Assembly (NCBI GenBank): GCA_951406725.2
Contig: OX597815.1
Span: forward strand, 80,352,001 to 80,416,000
Origin: Octopus vulgaris
Taxonomy: Eukaryota
Direction: 5' to 3'
DNA length: 64,000 nucleotides
Shown: positions 26,683 to 44,479 of the stretch, one piece after another
Numbering within the stretch: position 1 is the first letter of the stretch
Layout: each line of letters opens with the position of its first letter
Notes under the pieces: generated by a model
Databases searched by the model: none
What the model was told of the DNA's origin: nothing
What the model saw: the letters and a program-made list of their open reading frames with translations, nothing else
Position numbers and translations under genes: made by a program

Positions 26683-27174
26683 CGGGGACGGGGACACACA
26701 CAAACGCACACATATATATGCACACATACATACATACATAAATACATACATACATACATACATACATACATACATACATACATACATACATACATACATA
26801 CATACATACATACATACATAAGGTGTGTGATTTAGTATTTAGGGCGTTGAATAGACACTCTTCAAATTGTGATTTCGTTACCAGGTGGGGCAGTGGCTCG
26901 TATTCATGATCAATATGTCACTGCAAGCTGTCCCTTTATTCTCAGCTGTCAGTAACAGAGAAGAACAGCGGTCGGTTTATCCTGCGACATGCTATGGTTC
27001 TGTCTAGAGGTGAATATATACAAAGTATGGAAAACGGGACAAAGTACGGAGCAATGAGCTCTTACACAAACAGCGTGTTCCAATGTGCATGTATGTATGC
27101 ATGTATGTATTCATGTATGTATGTATGTATGCATGCATGTGTGCATGTATGCATGCATGTGTGCATGTATGTAT

Positions 27175-27660
27175 GTCATTATTCAGTTTTATTTCAAGAT
27201 TTCTTGTCAATAAAGAGCCGGTTTCTAACCTAGGTCGAAGGTTTCTTCCATGGAATTTCAACATCAACAGGCTATTTTTATATGCATCTATGTGGAGATT
27301 TGTATGTTTTGTTTTATGTATGTATTCTCATGCATATAGCTACATGTTTAGACATGCTCATATATATTTAAAAGTGATAAACTGCAGGAAAGTTTTACAG
27401 ATTTTTACAGTTCCATCGATGGATTGCATTTGTAGTTTTCGAATCAGCTGTCTCCTTTCTGGTTTGAGAAGCATAATTTCTTAAGATTGGTACTTGGGCA
27501 ATATTACATATCCCAGTGACGCAATAATTACAAGTATAAACCTGAACTTGTAATCTGGATAGAGTAGCTGTAGATTCCTCAATAGTTCAGCGTAGGTATT
27601 TTGATCTTCAGCTTTATGTTATTATCCGTTGGGCAACTGATTTCCACAACTCTACACAAT
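27175..27660 (-). mobile_element. R4/Dong-like retrotransposon 3' end, second copy
   Basis: Reverse translation gives VVEISCPTDNNIKLKI..NTYAELLRNLQLLYPDYKFRFILVIIASLGYV..IDGTVKICKTF. TATG-type repeats lie on both sides. Confidence 0.8.
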
Positions 27661-27748
27661 ATGTATGTATGCATGCATGTATGTATGCATATATGTATGC
27701 ATGAGTGTATGTTTCCGTCTGTCTGTTTATCTATCTATCCATCCATCC

Positions 27749-28169
<421 letters not shown>

Positions 28170-28174
28170 CCTAC

Positions 28175-28272
<98 letters not shown>

Positions 28273-28343
28273 GTCTGTCTGTCTGTCTTTCGATCTTTCT
28301 GTCTATATATGTAGCTATCTGTCAGCCAATCTACTTAAGTCTA

Positions 28344-28526
28344 GGACATTTACCCCCATGGATAATAACCCCCACAATGACAATTACCTCTGAGGACAAC
28401 TGATGATGATTTAGAACTTCTTAATATATTGGAGAGGGGGGCAAGTAACCAAGGGGGATAAATGTTCTAGGGGGTAGTTGTCGTCGGGGGGGGGGGGGAT
28501 TGTTCTATAGGGAGGGGTAATTGTCC
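28344..28526. mobile_element. Foldback-type MITE
   Basis: Tandem ggacaattacccc-like units on the left are mirrored by ggggtaattgtcc-like units on the right. Confidence 0.7.
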
Positions 28527-28657
28527 TGATAGGATCTACTTATCTGTTTGTCTATCTATCTATTTATCTATCAATCTATCTATCTATATTCGTGTACTAA
28601 AAGAAGCAGAATCATTAGGACTCAATGTATAATTAGAGCACAATGTATGAACACACA

Positions 28658-28747
<90 letters not shown>

Positions 28748-29262
28748 TGTATGTATGTATATGGGTTCATGTGAATTACATATGCGTGTGTGCATTATAT
28801 GTAAAATTAGAAATATAAAAATATCTGTAAAAGAAATGTAACCTAAATTAAAGAACCAATATAGCGTCATATTTAAAAAATTAAAGCCTTCTCGTGTTCG
28901 TTGCATTCCACACACCACTGCATTAAATTAGACTATTTGCTAAGCTGCGATTACCCTGCCTTGCAGTTACAGATATATACACAAGAACGTGAATGCGTAT
29001 ACATTTTGTGTGTAGCTGTAAATGTGTTAACGTATCTAAAATGAATAAATATTTATGCATGCATTCATAAACACACACCTACATTCATGCAAAAATACAT
29101 TCAAACATACATACATAGACACACACACAGACGCGCACTCACATGTATACATATATATAGAGAGAGACATAAATATCTTTCCTCTCCCTCTCTCTCTCTT
29201 TGTACATATATATATGTATATATATATATATATGTATGTGTATATATATATATATATGTATA

Positions 29263-29452
29263 AAGGGAGAGTTTACGAAAAAAAAAAAACAAAAGACGAA
29301 GACATGTGGTGTAAAAACTAACAGATGTCAGATGTATTAGAATAACGCTCAAGAATAGAAAAAAGTATTTTACGTTTCGAGCCTAGGCTCTTCTACAGAA
29401 AGGGACACAGAAAAAACAAGGAGAAAAAATATGTGTGTAGTGGCTAACGATC
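29263..29452 (-). mobile_element. Element of about 190 bp with a minimal hammerhead (29368-29401)
   Basis: Minus strand: UUU-CUGUAGA-A-GAGC-cuag-GCUC-GAAA-CG-UA-AAA; same flanking repeat types as 25030-25207. Confidence 0.75.
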
Positions 29453-29454
29453 TA

Positions 29455-29541
<87 letters not shown>

Positions 29542-29542
29542 A

Positions 29543-29598
<56 letters not shown>

Positions 29599-29769
29599 AA
29601 ATAGAAAATAGGACAAAGAAGGCAAAACATCCGGACAACTAGGTGATACAAAAAGCGACAACAAAACATCTAGATAGACGAAACAAAGAAAACGAGGACG
29701 GGTTATTCGAAGTATTCTTTCTTCAGTCAAGCACCAGGTTATCCAGCCAATTTCGGCTGATTATATATA

Positions 29770-29962
29770 TGTGTGTGTGTGTGTGTGTGCGTATTTATGT
29801 ACTGACACACACACATATGCATATATACGACGGGGTTCTTTCAGTTTCCGTCTACCAAATCTATTCACAAAGCTTTGGTTGGCCAGAGGCTATGAAAGAC
29901 ACTTGCCCAAAGTGCCACGCAGTAGGACTGAACTAGGAACCATGTGGTTGAGAAGCAAGCTT
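29770..29962 (-). mobile_element. SINE family B, 5' half
   Basis: Reverse homology to the head and core. Confidence 0.8.
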
Positions 29963-29970
29963 CATATAAA

Positions 29971-30022
<52 letters not shown>

Positions 30023-30219
30023 GAGAAAGAGGCAGAGAGAGACAGAGACAGAGTGAAAGAAAGAAATATATATAGAGAGAGAGAGAGTCAGAGAGAAGTT
30101 GTCGATACTACAAACGGGACAGGCCCCACTCATAAAAGCAGTTAGAAGTGACTCAACAACCGAAAGTTTCATCTATGGCATCTATCAGACTCAGAGTCCT
30201 TAAGTCACTATATAACTTC

Positions 30220-32610
<2,391 letters not shown>

Positions 32611-33264
32611 GTTTGAGTATGCGAGAGTACGTGTTTGCGCGCACGCATATTCAAACACAATGTATATTTAATGTTACCCTTCTGCTCCTCTTTCTCTCGA
32701 CAAAATATATCCATATCTATTTGCATATGCGTGTATTTACGCTGCATCTCGCTCATGTATATGTACATTTATATAGTTCAAATCCAACAGACAGACATAC
32801 GTGCACACATACACAATGAGATAAGCGCACATTCACAGCTCTAGTCGTGATGTGTGACAGATGTCAGTTTAAGAGACCGACTGTACCAAGTAACATCTGA
32901 GACGAGGCTGTTTATGTATACAAGCGTTATGACTATATTATTTATATTTACACCTTGCTATTACTACGACTTTGCTAGTTGGTGTTAGATTGCATCATTA
33001 GCAAAAATTGTTGGTGGAATACGATAAAAGAGGCGGGGGAAGACGAATGTAGTTCATCACCCCTTTCTTATATTTTCGACCTTTCTTTCAATGCGTTGTT
33101 TTCTCTCTCTCTCTCGCTCTCACTCTCTCTCTTTGTTTCTCTTATTTTCTTTCTCACTTATTCAGCCTGTCACTCAGTCAGTCAGTCAGTCAGTCACTCA
33201 CTCACTCACTCACTCACTCATTCACTAACATTTCTAACACTCTTATACTATTTCTTAACTTTCT

Positions 33265-33330
<66 letters not shown>

Positions 33331-33464
33331 GTCTATCTATCAAGCTATCAAGCTATCTTTCTGTCTGTCTGTTTCTTTGTCTCTCTGTCTCTCTCGCACT
33401 TTCTGTCTCATTATATGACATTGTGACATATAGAAATGTATGTGTGTGTGAGTTTCGCGTGTGT

Positions 33465-33660
33465 ATCGTTGGCGATTTTTTTCCCTTCGTCTTCCCCTCC
33501 TTGGATCTTTCCTTTTCCTATGTTTCTGACGAAGAGCTCCGCTCGAAACGTTAAATCCTCCTTCTTTCTTTCCTTTCCTAAGCGTCCAATAATACTATAC
33601 TTGTTCTACGTCCTCTCGTTGTTGTGTTTTCTCTTTGTGTTTTCATGTTTGGATTAACTA
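33465..33660 (+). mobile_element. Element of about 190 bp with a canonical minimal hammerhead (33522-33557)
   Basis: GUUU-CUGACGA-A-GAGC-ucc-GCUC-GAAA-CGU-UA-AAUC, with palindrome AACGUU. Stem II is the same as in the 25030/29263 family. Confidence 0.78.
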
Positions 33661-34490
33661 TACATATATATATAATGTGTGTGTGTGTGTGTATGTGTGT
33701 GTGTAGTGAGAGAGACCTGACTGCTATATCAAGTAAAATGAGCTGCTACGTAGACGTACTCTCGTTGTCCAGATATAAGTACTGTCTCTAATATATAAAT
33801 GGTTTAAAGTGATACTTAATAGTCCAGTGTTTTGTTTCGACTGTTTTGTCAACGTTCGCCAAAAGCGTATCCAGTTCACACCGCCAAAACAACTATTTGT
33901 GTAAATTTATCTCTTTTGCTCGTATATAAACAGAGTATCATACACACACACAAATATATGTCTAGTATGTTATATCGCGAGAAAAAGACAGAGATATAGC
34001 GCACAATGTTCTCGCAATGCCAATTGGAAATGTAATTGTCTATATAATATAAATTACATAATCAAGACTTATTGTCAAATCTTCAGAAACATTAGTGAAT
34101 TGAAAATATGGAAGAATTCGCCATCGTGCTACCCATCTCCGCGATAATTTATTCTGTTATCTTGCGAATCCAGTATTGCGTATAGATCTTAACCGTCTCT
34201 GATGATTTCAGAATCATTATGTCATTTATGTTACGTAACTAATAAGCATTGTATGTAAATGACACGTCCGTAAGATGGTGTAAGCAAATATCTTATAAAC
34301 AATCTCTCATGTTTTCTACACGTATTCTGTGTAACACAAACTCAGATTTCATAATAAAGGATATAATCACAATGTACAAACAGAAATACACACGGAAATC
34401 TAAATACTGTTTCTTTGCCACGCAATTTAAGCCTTGAGATGTGCTAGACGAATCTGTGTGTTTGTCTGTGTGTGTATGTATTAATGTAGC

Positions 34491-34578
<88 letters not shown>

Positions 34579-34593
34579 TACATATATACAAAT

Positions 34594-34627
<34 letters not shown>

Positions 34628-34634
34628 GCATACA

Positions 34635-35110
34635 AATATCTAATTTATTCAGGTTTTCCTTCACACAGTTTTTATACCCTTTCCTCGGCTTATGTTGTGA
34701 TCGCTTACCTGACTTCTGCTCACAAAAAAAAGATGCTATGACAAACGCTCGTCTTTCATTCTGATAACATGTGCTGTCCATCCAAGGCCGCATGGCTGAA
34801 ACGAATAAAAGATTACATGTGGCTGTATGGTAAGTAGCTCGCTTACGCATGCGTGAGTCAGTGTTGTTTTTGCACTGGTGTTGCACTGGTGTCGCACCAG
34901 ATGTGAATGTACGATGAAAAGTCCAGGAAAAAGAGGACATTTTTGATGAATTAATGCAGAAATTAGAGCTCTTATACCCTGACAATGAATCTTCATTGGT
35001 ATCTATCACTGTGGGTGCACTAGTTGCATCCTCCATCCGAGATTCTTATATGAATAGATGCACACACTTGGGTATATTCATCGACAGTTTAACCCACACA
35101 CTACATATTT
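34635..35110 (-). mobile_element. RTE-clade LINE relic
   Basis: [47 protein letters not shown] matches the RTE C-terminal pattern LRWxGHVxRMxDxRLPK..GKRxxGxPxKRxKD. A SINE B fragment interrupts it near 34785-34845. Confidence 0.8.
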
Positions 35111-36810
35111 TCAAACACCGGGAACTCTCTTAAGTCAGAAATTCTTGCAAGTTTGTTAGCACCCGGCTTGAACTCTCTCAGTTACTTAAATGAAACACAA
35201 AGAAAAGTCATACATAATACATACATACATACATACATACATACATACATACATACATACATACATACATACATAAATGCATGCATGCATACATACATAC
35301 ATACATGCATGCATGCATACATACAGACATTTTTGCATGCATACTGCCATGAGTGCTAGCGCTCGTATTCGTGTGCTTATGCATGTATACATAAGGGTGT
35401 GTTAAGCTGATTGTCCCGATCAATGAATTCCAAATATTTGATAACCAATAGCTGAAGTGATATTTTATCAAATATTCTGTAGTCAGTAAGGTAGTCATAG
35501 GATGGTAGTCACATGGTAGTTAGTATGGCAGTCATAGCATGCTGGCCATCCACAACTGGATCACAACATATTGGTGGAAATTGATTAGCAGCTACATACA
35601 CACTACCTCTTTTTATTATATACACCTATTGAGTAATTCATACTGCTACGTATATTCTCATTCAAGAAACTAGAGTCTACGTCCAAATCGATTATCATAC
35701 TTGTGATCAAATTCACTTAATATTCGAAACAGTATAAATTGTGTAAACTACTCACTCAATAAAGAAAAAACACACTCTAATTACTGAAGTGTTGAGTACT
35801 TTACTCTGTAACTATAAGTGTTGTATTTACAGGCAAACATACAAGGATATATGTGGGTGTGTGTGCGTGTGCGTGCGTGCGAGTGTTTCTATGCATATTT
35901 GTGTGCACCTGTGTGCACTACGTATATATGCGTCTGTAATTTAAAGTATGCAACTGAATACGAATTGATGAAACACAATCCGAAATATTGGAGTCATAAG
36001 CACTTCATCAGGATTAATGAATTTTAGAGGCTAGAGATCGATAACATTGGCAGTAAACCCAGCTGTGCAAATAGATCGATGTCACTGTTAGGCAGCGCAA
36101 CTGTTAAATGGCGAGACTGTGTAAGAGCACTGTTAGTACATGACATTTTTTTCTCTAAGGTTGGTCGCATCACATGTGCTGACATGGTTAACACTACTGA
36201 GAACGTTAGATATCGACGCAGCACATTTTCAGAAAACGAAAAACACCATGACCGGAGGAAACTTAGCCTGATACCTCCCAACTGTTAAAAAATAAATAGC
36301 TGAAAAATATCATTATAAGCATAGTCTTTGATTGATTACCGTCCCGTATTATCAGAAGTCAATTCGTGATAAGCGCAACGTGGTTCACATTTAAGCGTAC
36401 ACTGTTGTACTGGATCAGAGATGAATGAATCAAAAATAAACAAGAATAGGTGTATTTTTAAATCATATAAGCCATCTACTGTTTATGAAGTCCAACAGTC
36501 ATATCATGCAAATTTAATCAGAGATTTTTGTTTTGTTTGTTTTCGGTATAGATGTTATAATACATTCACTTAAAATTATATATTAAGACAAGAGATAAAC
36601 GTTCGAGCATCATCTACCGACGTAGGTGTGAAACGTTCGAATTTATAGAAATTCGGAAATTAAAGCCAAGTTGTCGTTGTAGCTTTCTGTCGAAATGTTC
36701 TGCAAAGGTGAAGTACAAAAATTCTAACTACGACAGGTGACCTCCATATCAGAAAATAATATTCTACTTCCGTATCATCTTTCAGAGAGATTAAATAAAA
36801 ATGAGACAAC

Positions 36811-36862
<52 letters not shown>

Positions 36863-37053
36863 ATACCCTATATTCTTTCAAATTGTTTACATGAAGAATA
36901 GTTTCTTATGTATGTGAGGTTGCGCGCGTGCGCACGCGCGTGTGAGTCTTTGTGTGTGTTTATGTATGTATGTATGTATGTATGTATGTATGTATGTATG
37001 TATGTATGTATGTATGTATGTATGTATGTATGTATGTATGTATGTATGTATGT

Positions 37054-37150
37054 ATTAATTTTTCAATTTTCTCACGAATAGAAAAGGAATCGGTTTCTAA
37101 ATCAGAAGCAGTACACTTCATTGCAATTTAGTAAGCATAACAACGTAGTC
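37054..37150 (-). mobile_element. Diverged R4-like 3' UTR abutting a long (TATG)n
   Basis: aatagaaaaggaatcggtttctaaatc..cttcattgcaattt resembles the reverse complement of 8505-8590. Confidence 0.55.
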
Positions 37151-37591
37151 AGTAATTAATTAACTAATCAATTAATTTATGTTTGTATATAAGCATGTAC
37201 ACATATATGCATTGAAGCATGTCTTTACGTGATTATAAGCAAAATTATGCTTGTGTGTAAACATGTATATCGTTGCATGTACGGATCTGTATGTTTTAGA
37301 TATATGCACGTCTATACATATCGAATATGTTTGTATATCTTCACGTTTTGTATATGATTTTACTACATAATGAACGTCTGGAACGGTTTATATACTTTTT
37401 ACGATGGTTTAAGACTTTAATTTCTTCATTTTTAATTATCTTTCTGTTTTTTTTTTTGCTTATTTTTTGGGGAAGCTCAATTTCTCAAGATTCACACTGG
37501 AGCAAATAAGTATCCTAATTGTCCAATAATTATAGCCACAAAATAAGGATGCATGGTCCAAGTGGAGTTACTGCAGCTCTGTATTAATGCT

Positions 37592-37995
37592 CTCTTTTAC
37601 TCTCTTTTATTTGTTTCAGTCATGTGACTGTGGACATGCTGGAGCACCGCCTTTAGTTGAGGAAATCGACCCCAGGACTTATTCTCTGTAAGCCTAGTAC
37701 TTATTCTATCGGTCTCTTTTGCCGAACCGCTAAGTTACGGGGACGTAAACAGACCAGAATCGGTTGTCAAGCGGTGTTGGGGGGACAAACACAGACACAC
37801 AAACGTATACACACACATACATATATACATATATACGATGGGCTTCTTTCAGTTTCTGTTTACCAAATCCACTCACAAAGCTTTGGTCGGCTCGAGGCTA
37901 TAGCAAAAGACACTTGCCCAGGGTGCCACGCAGTGGGACTGAACTCGGAACCATGTGGTTCGTAAGCAAGCTACTTACCACACAGCCACTCATAC
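37592..37995 (-). mobile_element. SINE family B, near full length
   Basis: Head, core and tail are all present on the reverse strand. Confidence 0.9.
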
Positions 37996-38269
37996 ACCTA
38001 TGTTCACTAGATCTTTAACATTGTGCTAACAGCTACTGAGCAACAGCCTTTTCACTATTGCGCACAATTACTTTCCCCATCCAGACTACAATATCTCATG
38101 CTTGCTTTTCACTGAGACCTTGACAGAAAGATTCCACCATATTATGTTTCTATGAGTGAATGTATGCAAATACGCTATAGAAGCAATTTGTATATGAGTT
38201 GTCACAGAAGTAGGAAAGCAATGGAGTGCAATTGTGATAAAACAGTACTATTGTCTTCTTTACATTATA

Positions 38270-38698
38270 TTTTGATTTTAGGATAAAAATATTTTTTGGA
38301 TTCAACTGCTGGCATTTGAAATCTGAGAGTAAGATGTTTCAAAAACGGGATATTGTCATTAATCTGTCGTAAACGCCATCTTATATCTCGAGGACAAAAT
38401 ATTATAGAAGAATATTTTTTTATAATTTATATTCGCGGGTGTCACTGATAAAATGCTACAGCGACAGCTCGGCGGTAATTTCCGAATATTATTTGTAGTC
38501 GATAATTTTCATGTCTGTCTCCATAGTTGGCAGTTGATAAATTGTTTTCCTTGTCTTTCTTCTAATGCATCATTTGAAATAGATATTTTAGCTCGTAATA
38601 TAATCAAAAACAATCAACAAAACTCTGTTTTATTTAAATTGCTTCGTACGACTTTCAAATTTCTCAACAATAACACACAGACATACCATACACAACAC

Positions 38699-38730
<32 letters not shown>

Positions 38731-39081
38731 TTCATGCATAGACACACACAAAGTATATGCATGTGCATGCATGTATAAATGTGTGTACGAGTGCGCTAAC
38801 TTCGACGGATTCTGTAAAGCGTCGGAAACAAGTTTTGTGGGAAATAATTTATATCCTTTTGCTTTCTGAGTTCTAATCTCATCTAGTTCAAATTCAGAGG
38901 TAGATAAAATAGTACCAGAAAAAGAATTGAGCGCGTGTAATTGTATTTTGATTTCAGGATTTAATTTTTTTTGTGGATTCAACTGATGGCATTTTAAATC
39001 TGAGAGTAAGATGTTTCAAAAGCGGGATATTGCCATTAATCTGTCGTAAACGCCATCTTATATCTCGATGACAAAATATTA
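38270..39081. repeat. Direct repeat of about 130 bp (38270-38404 and 38946-39081), probably DNA-transposon subterminal sequence
   Basis: ggattcaactg.tggcatt..aaatctgagagtaagatgtttcaaaa.cgggatattg.cattaatctgtcgtaaacgccatcttatatctcga occurs twice. Confidence 0.8.
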
Positions 39082-39511
39082 CTTATTAAACTTCTGTATG
39101 ACAATTCGAATTTATACATGACATATGGTACATACACAGACAAACAGACAGATAGATACACACACATGCACAAACACGTAAACACACACGCATATACATA
39201 GATATATGCGTATAATATAAAAAGAAAAAACGTTCTATGTGAAACGAGCTCCAAAATAGCCTATGAATATCTTTATAGAAATAGTTTTAACACAGGCATG
39301 GGTTCATCTATGTACACATACACCATAACCGATGAAAACAGGCTAGACCCTCCATATATATAATAGTATATCTATCTATCTATCTATCTGCCTCTCTCTC
39401 TCCCTCCCTATATATATATGTATATATACACACATACATACATATACACACATACATACATACATAAATACATACACACACACTCACACACACACATATA
39501 TATATATATGC

Positions 39512-39556
<45 letters not shown>

Positions 39557-39580
39557 CATATATATATATACTTACAAGTA

Positions 39581-39935
39581 GGCGCAGGCGTGGTTATGTG
39601 GTAAGAAGCTTGCTTCCCAACCTCCTGGATCCGGGTTCAGGCCCACTGCGTGGAATCTAGGGCAAGTGTCTTCTGCTACAACCATGGGCTGACCAAAACC
39701 TTGTGAGTGAATTTGTTAGACGGAAACTGAGAGAAGTCCCACCAGTGCTTGATAGCCGATGTTAGTGTGTTTACGTACCTGTATTCTAGCTGTTCGGTAG
39801 AAAGAGACCGTTACAATAAGTACTAGGCTTACAAAGAATATTTTCTGGGGTTAATTTTGTTCGACTAAAAGCGGTGCTCCAGCATGGCTGCAGTAAAATG
39901 ACAGAAACGAAAGAATAAAAAAAGAATAAGAGAAT
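39581..39935 (+). mobile_element. SINE family B lacking the internal microsatellite
   Basis: Begins ggcgcaggcgtggttatgtggtaagaagcttgcttcccaac and ends in the shared tail. Confidence 0.88.
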
Positions 39936-39954
39936 ATTTATATACAATATATAT

Positions 39955-40080
<126 letters not shown>

Positions 40081-41320
40081 ATGTATACATATATATATAT
40101 ATATATGCATGTGTGTATGCATGATTGTATGCACGTGTATATTTATAGAAATATATTAGTTTAAATAAGCATTATAAATACATGCAAAAATATAGACTGA
40201 AACATTAAAATACTTACTTGTATCTACACATGCTTTTTCTCTTACACCCTTTGATTCCCTATCTGTCTTTGTCTCTCTGTCTGCTTGTCTGTCTATCTTT
40301 TTCCGCACATAGAATTACGCTCAGTGTATGCGTAGCTCTTACTGCTTGTATGTATCTATGCAGTGTTTATATATCTTCGTGCAGCTTATTCAATTAATAT
40401 GTTGTCTAGCAAAAGATATATCACGTACCATATTCTTTAATCTCAAGAGTGCCTTTAGTGCTATGACCGGATAATTTATAGCTCGTGTCTAAGAAAGACA
40501 CTTTTCAATTACTTTCGCCATTGCCCTTAATGAAAGAGGGATGGACACTACTAGTTTCAACTGCACATACATCTACATTACGTTAAGAACATTCTGACTG
40601 CATTTAAGTTGCATATCTTATAAGTTTGAAAGTTCCTTTTAAAACTAATTTATATTCATCATATATTCAATGTGGATAGCTGGGTTGCTGGGCACAGAAG
40701 TAAACCACTTTCCTAGCTGTTTTGTATCCTGTCATCAGCCCTACTCAATGCATATGGCCAAGAACTTTAAGTAACTATTACGGTGTTGATGTTTCGTATA
40801 AACATCTACCGTGTCCCACGTCCTCTTATCAAATGCAACAACCATAAGTCCCTCATACGCTTTACACACTTTCCTCTCTAAAATGATTTAAAAATTTAAT
40901 GCTGAATGTAATATACCAGTTATGGTCAAGTGACTACAGCTGGAACATTGGTTGGACGATAATACTAATTTGTTACTGAAAATAACATTATGTGGTTTTG
41001 TTTTCTCGAAGTTCGATGTTAAAACACTTTTTACCTTTGAAGAAATTTACTCTCTACAAGATCACGACAACAAGTTATTGAGTTAAGAACCGTCGCCAAT
41101 AAAACACGAAGTATTTCAGAATTCACTGACAGAAATATGCATGTTTAAAACATGTGAACGGTGTTCTCAGCAAGAACATTATATTTCCCTGGTTCCGAAG
41201 CAGTGCTTTTTCTTTTTCCTTTCAAAACAAGTTTACAAATTTGCGAGTTAACAGTATAACCAGGTCTTCATTTCTTTCCGGGTAACTATTTTATTTTGCC
41301 TTGCATAACGGAAAATAAAC

Positions 41321-41351
<31 letters not shown>

Positions 41352-42100
41352 TGTATGTATGTATGTATGTATGTATAATGCATATATATGTGTGTGTGTC
41401 TATCCATCCACTTATGCATGCGTCCATGTTCTCCGCTCACCATTCTTGGAAAAGTGGTTGGGTAGAACCCTCAAGCATCTCCTCCACAGTGTCCTTTCAG
41501 AAGCAACCACAAGTCCAACTGAAAACCAGGTTGGTGTCTGGTGCGAATAAGACCACTACAAGCTGCAATGTGAAAAAAACCACATCATCCGTCGCGCGGA
41601 TTTACAAGGGATGTTTTCGGATCATATGTACAGGGAACAGTTCAAAAGCTATATTACAGTCTCCACACAATACCAGTACAACCAAGAAGAAGCCGGAAAT
41701 CTGTTCTGGGAAACATGGGGTTAAAGTACAATGGATACTTGTCTTTGGACTCCGAAGAAGGTCTATGAGGGAATAACACTACATAACTCTCCACGGGCGT
41801 GTCCATCTGTTTTCAGAAACTATCGCAAATGATGTTCATTCCTTGGGGACTATGTCAGCTCTGACTGAGCAGATTCATGCTTAAAGAAATTCTACTGGTG
41901 ATAAGTCCAGTATATTTATACATCTCAGACTATATTACCTACATTAGAACCCAAAATAGAAGTACTGTGAAATTCATCTATGCTCTAGGGGCATACGTGA
42001 ATGAAATGTCCTAAATTCTCCCGTATTTCTGTAAAATTTTATTTAAAGATTCTTCCTTTTACAACTGAGTTGGCTGTCTCCATTATATAGATATACATAC

Positions 42101-42166
<66 letters not shown>

Positions 42167-42214
42167 TGTGTGGAGAGAGAGAGACAGAGAAAGAGGAAGA
42201 GGGTGAACGAGAGA

Positions 42215-42773
42215 GATAATTCAAATAAACAGATAAAAACCTTTAAAGGTAGAATATTCTATCTTTTAATTTCCTTGCATAATGATCTGATACTCTTATC
42301 TACCCACCCCAATGGACGAGGCACCAGACTTTACCAATGTTTATATTTTTCCATTACTGGCTGCAAACTTTTGATGAACTATATCTACCAACGTTATAAA
42401 ATAACTCCGGGCACTCAGAAACAGCTGTCGGACTTGTAACGCTCTCTCTCCTGTAATTCTTTGAGTTTATGTAATCTGAGTAGGTTTGCTCAATTAACAA
42501 ACATATATACATCTATACCAAATATTTATACAAAATCTGAAGTTTGCTTTATCATTTTATATGTGCACATTTATAAATATTGTGTTGTTCATTAAAATCC
42601 AAGGATTAATTCTGTTTGAATTTGAATCTTCTCCATATCTGCTCATTTGAATTCCCGTTATAGCTACACTTAACCCTGATGACTAGGTCTTCCGTAAAGA
42701 TATTGGAGTGTAAGTTCAAATCATTTGAGTGCAACTGTTTTCTATATTGAGATTCGATCTCATATCTTTTGAC

Positions 42774-42775
<2 letters not shown>
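42215..42775 (+). mobile_element. PLE-LTR-like relic with degenerate HHR (42363-42437)
   Basis: UUGAUGA ... GAAA-CAGCUG-UC-GGACUUG; the stems are decayed and both flanks are microsatellite. Confidence 0.45.
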
Positions 42776-42806
<31 letters not shown>

Positions 42807-42878
42807 GGAGAGAGAGAGAGAGAGAGAGAGCGATACATATATATATATATATATATACATTTATATACATACATACAC

Positions 42879-42976
<98 letters not shown>

Positions 42977-42989
42977 TATGTATATATGT

Positions 42990-43235
42990 TGGTTTCATTG
43001 TCCTGTTTTTATTCTTTATGTGTACTGTATTTTTATTTGTATTGCTTTTACGTCCTGTTTTTGTCACTTTTTTTCTTTCCTTGTTTTACTCCTCTGCAAA
43101 AGAAATTTAATTCATTTTGCAGGAAGGTCTGTTTCGACCGGATCGTGTTCTGTCCTTACCTTCGAACCAGGGACAGCTGATGAAGGGGAATATTCCTTGT
43201 ATTGTTTGTCTTGTACTCTGTTTTTTCGTTGTTAA
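42990..43235 (+). mobile_element. Second copy of the permuted-hammerhead repeat
   Basis: Homologous to 17500-17760 and flanked by (TA)n. Confidence 0.6.
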
Positions 43236-43250
43236 ATATGCATACATATA

Positions 43251-43385
<135 letters not shown>

Positions 43386-43589
43386 TTAGATAGATAGACA
43401 TTTGAACCTCTCTTCCTTAAAAGAGACTATAGTCCGAAATATTTGACCTCTGCCATCCCTTATTTGGACACCAATTAGTTGATCTACCACATTTCCAGAT
43501 TTTACCTTATAATTTCAGTGTTTCACGGATAAAAAAATTTATCACAAGAATGTCTTACACAAGACTGTCTCAGTTCAGTATCAGTATTA

Positions 43590-43790
43590 AGCAGAATCGT
43601 CACAGCGCAGGAGAAAATGCCTAGCACCATTTCTTCTGGCCCTTTGTCTTCTGAATTCAAAGCCCGTTCAAGATCAGCTCTGCCTTTCATTTCACCTGGG
43701 TCGATAACATAAGGTCCCTGCGAAGAACTGGGCTGATGCTCTCGAATTACCATACCCACCCCTAGAAATTGCTGACCTTTTGCCAAAATT
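43590..43790 (+). mobile_element. SINE family A, highly diverged
   Basis: Contains tgcctttcatttcacctgggtcgataa..gaaattgctgaccttttgccaaaatt. Confidence 0.65.
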
Positions 43791-44479
43791 AGACAACATG
43801 GATCTTTATGTTAACTATACATTCATTAACTATAGTAATACAATAAACTTGAAACATTATTCATGAGAGAAGGGCCAATATAAGAGAGAGGAGATAGAAA
43901 TACACTGTTGTTAAGAGGAAAGAGATAAAATATAGACGATAAATTTGATTTATGCTTTTTTACATGGAATAAAGTCCCATATGTGGTAAAAGTGGATGAG
44001 GAGGGAGAAGTAAGGGTAAATGTGTACTGTATACAACAGTATAGCTTAATGAAGTGAGGGATTTAGTTTTTGCTTTGAGCTATTACACACTGACGCTATA
44101 GCGGATAGAAAACACTGTATGCAGGTCTTGGCGAAAAGATATATTTAAGAAGTTTACCAAAACATTAAAATATTCCAATGAATAAACTCTCAACATTGAT
44201 TGTTGAACAAATGCAGCCTGCAAAATATTAAAGACTGAAATTACAAGTTTTCACTTGCGATATTCTTTTTAGTTTCGCAATTATTTGAATAAAATTATAA
44301 AAAAATTATTGATAACATTTTTTCTTATATCCCTGTTCCCAGATACTTTCAGTAACGTATATACATACACACATTCGTACAGTTATACTTGTATAAATAC
44401 ACCCATACATAGATTCATGCATACTTACGTACATACGTACACATATATGCTTTTAGAATATAATTTCAAATTCAGTTTG

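Noticed and set aside
29690-29762. Minus-strand CGAAA upstream of CTGAAGA in a TA-flanked repeat
   Set aside because: Three consistent stems could not be assembled by eye, and it is a single truncated copy.
36024-36288. Overlapping short ORFs in unique sequence
   Set aside because: No recognisable motif; the lengths are expected by chance.
41420-41900. GC-richer segment with minus-strand LVLCGDCN, suggestive of a LINE AP endonuclease
   Set aside because: Motif order does not fit an AP endonuclease and nothing else supports it; left unclassified.
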